Origin: Felis catus
Lineage: Eukaryota
DNA: 64,000 bases
Assembly (NCBI RefSeq): GCF_018350175.1
Contig: NC_058368.1
Span: 230,332,001 to 230,396,000 of the forward strand
Direction of reading: 5' to 3'
Within the stretch, counting starts at the first letter, position 1, and every line of letters starts with the position of its first letter. The notes under the pieces are model-generated. The model did no database searches, was not told the origin of the DNA, and saw only the letters and a list, made by a program, of their open reading frames with translations. This document shows positions 59,205-64,000 of the stretch, piece by piece. The translations under genes and the position numbers were made by a program.

Positions 59205-59766
59205 TTTTTTTTTTTTTACACTTGTGGTTACAGTTTATTACAGCAAAAGAATAATGCTTAAAATCAGCAAAGGAAAAAAGTACATCAGGCAGAGTCCAGC
59301 AGAGACCAGATGTGTGGTTCTAGTTGTCCTCACCCAGGGGAGTCCTACAGACAGAGCTTGACTCTCCCAGGGATGATGTATGACAGTGCACGCAAATGTT
59401 GCTAACCATCTGAGCCTTGGTGTCCAGGGTTTTTACTGAGGGTCAGTTGTATAGGCGTGGAGCACCCACATGACTGGCCACAGGTATGTAGTCTTCCACT
59501 ACCACTCCCCCACCCCAATCAGTCAGACTAAAATAGCATGGCCAAGGCCCCAGGCAAATGAAAACAGGCATTCATCCCAAGTCACATTGTTAGCATAAGC
59601 TATCTGGTGTGACCCAAGGCCCTGAGTATAGAAAGACGGTCTTATCAGGCAGGATATTCCAAGGGTTTATAGGTTATCTCCCAGAGCCAACCAAAGGCCA
59701 GTCCTTTCTTTGGACTGTGCAGAGTTTGAGGACTCCAGTCCTGCTGATTTAATCCTTTACTGCATA
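59205..59766 (-). mobile_element. MER77/MER68-like ERVL LTR
   Basis: Minus start tgcagtaaaggattaaatcagcagg; tcttatcaggcaggatattccaaggg. Confidence 0.8.
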
Positions 59767-59791
59767 GTTAGTTTAAAAAATTACCGTGCAA

Positions 59792-60015
59792 GGGGCACCT
59801 GGGTAGCTCAGTCAGTTGAGCATCCAATTTTGGCTCAGGTCATGATCTCGCAGTTTGTGGGCTTGAGCCCTGCCTCAGGCTCTGTGCTGACAGCTGAGAG
59901 CCTGGAGCCTGCTTCGGATTCTGTGTCTTCCACTCTTTCTGCCCCTCTCCTGCTCGTGCTCTGTCTCTCTTTCTTGCTCAAAAATCAACAAACATTAAAA
60001 AAATAATAATAATAA
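59792..60015 (+). mobile_element. Can-SINE
   Basis: Head, CT-rich body, tail. Confidence 0.94.
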
Positions 60016-60023
60016 ATACTGTG

Positions 60024-60570
60024 TGTATCAGCCAGACTCCAGGCAGGAAAACCGAAACCACTGTAGTTATTTAAAACAGAATCGAAATGCCTGGATGGCG
60101 CAGTTAAGCGTCCAGCTTTGGCTCAGGTCACGATCTCGCAGTTCATTAGTTCAAGCCCCACGTCGGGCTCTGTGCTGACAGCTCAGAGCCCGGAGCCTGC
60201 TGTAGATTCTGTGTGTCCCTCTCTCTCTGCCCCTCTCCTGCTCGCGCTCTGTCTCTCTCTGTCTCTGTCTCTCTCTGTCTCAAAAATAAACATTAAAAAA
60301 ATAAAAAAATAAATAAAACAGAATTTAGTAGAAGGTGTTGGTTACATAGGTGATGGAGGAGGTGAGAAGCTAGGCAGGAGACAATGAGGGAACCCGGAAA
60401 TCGGCAACAACAACAGGAAGCCTCTCCTGCCCCTAGGACTAGAGGTGATACCAGAGCCCAAAGGCTGGGGTCATCTGTGGGAACTGATGGGTGGGGACAT
60501 CTGGGGGACGCTGGGACCACAGAGGGAGGGGCTATCCTGTAGGGAGCCAGAACTATAGAGGAAGAATCAG
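60024..60570. mobile_element. Ancient LTR (LTR78/79-like) containing a SINE
   Basis: tgtatcagccagactccaggcaggaaaaccgaaaccact...ttggttacataggtgatgga. Confidence 0.55.
60083..60313 (+). mobile_element. Can-SINE
   Basis: TSD taaaacagaat. Confidence 0.94.
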
Positions 60571-61068
60571 CTCCTATCCCCTGGTGTATTTTTTTAATGA
60601 AACGGTTTGATAGAAGAAAGAAAAGGAACACAGGGAGCATGAGTGCCGTGATTGAAGTGAAGACAGGTCTGTCTCGTTAACTAACACCCCAGACCTCTTC
60701 AGACACCTGTGAGAATACTATCGGAAAAGCTTGGCCACAGCACCAAAGCGCGAAAGGGTTGGGGTGCACATTGTCCGCCGTTATGGAAACCCTATTTCCG
60801 AAGAAAAGACCTCATAATTTTGAAGAAATAAGTACAAACCTAAGTAACTGTTCACAAGACTCATGAGCTCTAAATGGTTGAAGACTGATGGTATGGAACA
60901 AATACATATTGTGACAATATAAATGAGCCTTCATTATGTATTTTGTATTCCATGTGGTGTAAATAGTGTGATAATGCTTTACATACATTCATTGTTATTG
61001 TTAAGTTGTCCCTTCAGTGATTGAGAGAATTAATTAGGTACCTTACTGAAACGACTCTAAGCTCAGTC

Positions 61069-61120
61069 TTCTTTCTTTCCTTCCTTCCTTCCTTCCTTCC
61101 TTCCTTCCTTCCTTCCTTCC

Positions 61121-61170
<50 letters not shown>
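61069..61170. repeat. (TTCC)n + (CT)n polypyrimidine tract
   Basis: Seen directly. Confidence 0.97.
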
Positions 61171-61172
<2 letters not shown>

Positions 61173-61477
61173 CTTTAAGTTTCTGTTATACCTCGAGAAA
61201 AGGAAATACAGAAATGTTTGAGGTAAGAGACACGTCCTGTGTCTCATGGAATACCTGGGCTTTCCAGAAAGACGCTGATGTCAGGCATGTGTAAACCCCC
61301 CCCACTTCAGACAGTTTCTCTGAATCCTACCTCCTGCCATTGGCGTGAGCACATCAGAAGCAGTGTTTTCTTGGGTTTCACCACCACCGGTTTGATGCAC
61401 CTGTTTCCTTTATGGTTACTTCTTTTACATTTTTCTGCACAACAGCAGGCATTTCTCACTTTCCTCAAGGCTCGTCT

Positions 61478-61827
61478 TCTTTTTTTTAAATATAATTTAT
61501 TGTCAAATTGGTTTCCTTACCACACCCAGTGCTCATCCCAACAAGTGCCCTCCTCCTTGCGTATCACCCATTTCCCCTCTCCCCCACCCCCCATCTACCC
61601 TTAGTTTGTTCTTAGTCCTTAAGAGTCTCTTATGGTTTGCCTCCCTCCCTCTCTGTAACTGTTTTCCCCTTCCCCTCCTCCATGGTCTTCTGTTACATTT
61701 CTCAAGATGCACAGGAGTGAAAACATATGATATCTGTCTTTCTCTGACTGACTTATTTCACTTAGCATAATACCCTCCAGTTCCATCCATGTTGCTGCAA
61801 ATGGCCAGATTTCATTCTTTCTCATTG
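61478..61827 (-). mobile_element. 5'-truncated felid L1 3' end
   Basis: ORF2 C-terminus (KNEIWPFAATWMELEGIMLSEISQSEKDRYHMFSL); approximate TSD tcaaggctc. Confidence 0.93.
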
Positions 61828-61874
61828 TCAAGGCTCATTGTCTTATCCCTTGTATGATGCTGTCACTTCCCTTT

Positions 61875-62107
61875 ATTTTTTAAATTTTTTTTTAAATATA
61901 ATTTATTGTCAAATTGGCTAACATAGACTGTGTATAGCGTGCTCTTGGGGTAGATTCCCGTGGTTCATTGCTTCCATACCACACCCAGTGCTCATCCCAA
62001 CAAGTGCCCTCCTCAGTGCCCATCACCCATTTTCTTCTGTCCCCCACCCCCATCCACCCTCAGTTTGTTCTCTGTATTTAAGAGTCTCTTATGGTTTGCC
62101 TCCCTCC
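61875..62107 (-). mobile_element. Second L1 3' UTR fragment
   Basis: Homologous to 61478-61650 but with an extra segment of about 50 bp. Confidence 0.88.
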
Positions 62108-62929
62108 ATGTTGTACCTTTAAAAGTTGCCAACTCAGAGTGAGCAAAATTCCTCATTCTTCTGAATAACAAATAGAAACAATGAAGGGCTTGGTTAAAAT
62201 GTTAAAACAAAAACATTGGCAAACCTTTTTTTGTAAATTCATCGCAATAGTGAAATGTTTATGCAAAATGTAATGGGCCACTAGAACTGAAGACTTTCCT
62301 TTGAATCAGATGATTTTTGTTACTAGGACAGATTTGCAATACTTGCAAAATGTGTTTAGTGCCATTAAATCACACTAAGTATTTGCCATTTCAGTGCCAG
62401 ACATGTAGGATGGCTCTCTCTCATTGTTAATTGGTCTCCCACAAGGGAGCATTGGAGGAGGAACCAAGTAGCTTAGGGTCTTTCAAGTTAATAAAAATCT
62501 CTAAAAGGTCTCATTTATTGTGTGCGGCAGTTAATAACTGATGGCATCTAGTAGCGGCTGGATTTGAGGCACTCAAATGGCCATCCCTTGGGGATACAGA
62601 TCCCAAGTAAACTGTGGAGATGTTTTCACACCTCAGACTAATTTATAGACTAATGAGGCCAAACCCCGGCACCACGTGGCACAAATGACCCATCGCCTGA
62701 TCCTCGGTGATTACGGAGGCTGAGTGCCCTGCTGCTCATGCCCTCAATGGACGATGGCGGTGTGGAAGCTTCCATGAGATCTCCTCCTTGGGAGGCGTGC
62801 CCTTCCCAACATCCTCATTCATGGAAAGTAGACTTCAGGTCTTCTGGGTGCATTCGTGGTGATTCCTGAGCAGGAGACGTTTGTCTCTCCTTGCCATGTT
62901 CCCGGGAAGAGTTTCGACACGGGAAGCCA

Positions 62930-63410
62930 ACCCATAATGGCAGCTTCTTTATTAAAATATGTGCAGTGGAAATTATGCTAATTAAGCTGGAGTGTAATTA
63001 TAGACTAGAAAGATTCTTCGCAGTCTGAATTGAATTGTTGTAGATAAATGCGCATTAACTTAATAGTGTGCGGCTAATTATGAAAAGTAAAGGAGAGGAA
63101 GAGAGGCGATCAGTTACGCGATGTTTTAGAGATGCCGCTGTCCCAGTCCAACTCTCCCATTAAAGCCCAGGTAACCCTGTGATGAGAATTCTTCTCTCAT
63201 CTGTCTCGGAGTTTCAATACCACAATTAAAATGGCCACTGGTGACTAATTAACCCATTTAACTCTGTTTGTCTGTGGCATTTATTACAGCAGAGAGTTAA
63301 TGCAGTAACACTCGGCAGCTTTATGCCCTCGTCCAAGTATATCTGTGGAGTTAATTCTTCATTCTTTATTTATGCTTTTGTGTGCATTTATGATAATTAT
63401 AAAAATGAGG
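62930..63410. promoter_or_regulatory. Candidate homeodomain-site-rich enhancer
   Basis: Repeat-free; five TAATTA palindromes (62979, 62995, 63075, 63246, 63394). Confidence 0.4.
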
Positions 63411-64000
63411 CGAAGCTCCATCGTCCCAGTGTGATTTGCCACACTCAACTAAAACTGTATTCTGGGAAATAAATTCTTTTTACTTAGAATTAAAATAAGC
63501 TCAAGTGGTAGTCATATGCCTTCTGTTCCAAAGCTATCAGCTCTAACAACCTGAGAGATATGGTCATGATCCTGTGCTTATGCGAAGGAAAAGTTAGTCA
63601 TTGAATCCTCTCAGCCACCGACTTCTAAAGTCTATCAGTAAGGTGGGTTTCCCGTGTCCATTGATCAGTGCCACCTGGACCAGCTAAATGACAGGTGCTG
63701 TTTGTAAGCATGGAGAAGACGTGGAGCGACCTTTCAATGAATTTTCGAGAACGTAGTGTTCACGAGTCCTCTGAGCAGAATGGCTCGACACTCCCTTGCA
63801 CACTACCAGAGAGTTTGGAAAACGAAAGACCCAGCAAAGCACTGAGAATTCAAAGGTCCTTTATAGAGGACATGACTGTCCAGTAAAAGGAGGGGGCCTG
63901 TGTTGTGGGACATCACACCTCACTGTTTTCTTCTGTGTTTCCAAGAAACCTCAAAAAAAAACCCCTTTAATTGCTTTTTATAGCTAGAAAATGAATGAAA

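Noticed and set aside
2003..60312. Many ORFs beginning MAQSV/MAQLV or containing ERERE/SLSLS
   Set aside because: Translations of Can-SINE copies.
63695..63886. 63-aa ORF near the window end
   Set aside because: No polypyrimidine acceptor and no recognisable product.
1..64000. CRISPR arrays, operons or defence systems
   Set aside because: Eukaryotic repeat-rich DNA with no regularly spaced repeat-spacer structure or gene-dense segments.

Overview
Mammalian genomic DNA from a carnivore, most likely a felid: it carries about 33 tRNA-derived Can-SINE copies, several of the young cat-type subfamily with perfect target-site duplications (TSDs). I see no intact protein-coding gene, RNA gene, CRISPR array or prokaryotic-type system. 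Most ORF-track hits are SINE, LTR or microsatellite artefacts. Much of the window is interspersed repeats: Can-SINE, MIR, L2, L1 3' ends, MaLR/ERVL/ERV1 LTRs, one young solo LTR with a 6-bp TSD, and hAT and Tigger DNA-transposon fossils. Repeat family names come from remembered consensus sequences and need RepeatMasker/Dfam confirmation. The best candidate discovery is a decayed multi-exon gene on the + strand at about 12.4-17.8 kb. Splicing 13261-13370, 15927-16167, 16438-16640 and 17084-17087 plus 17572-17793 at GT-AG sites keeps one frame for 259 codons with only two premature TAA stops. Its last exon is interrupted by a Tigger-like MITE, which was itself hit by a young SINE. I could not identify the protein. 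Several repeat-free motif clusters look like enhancers but are unverified.
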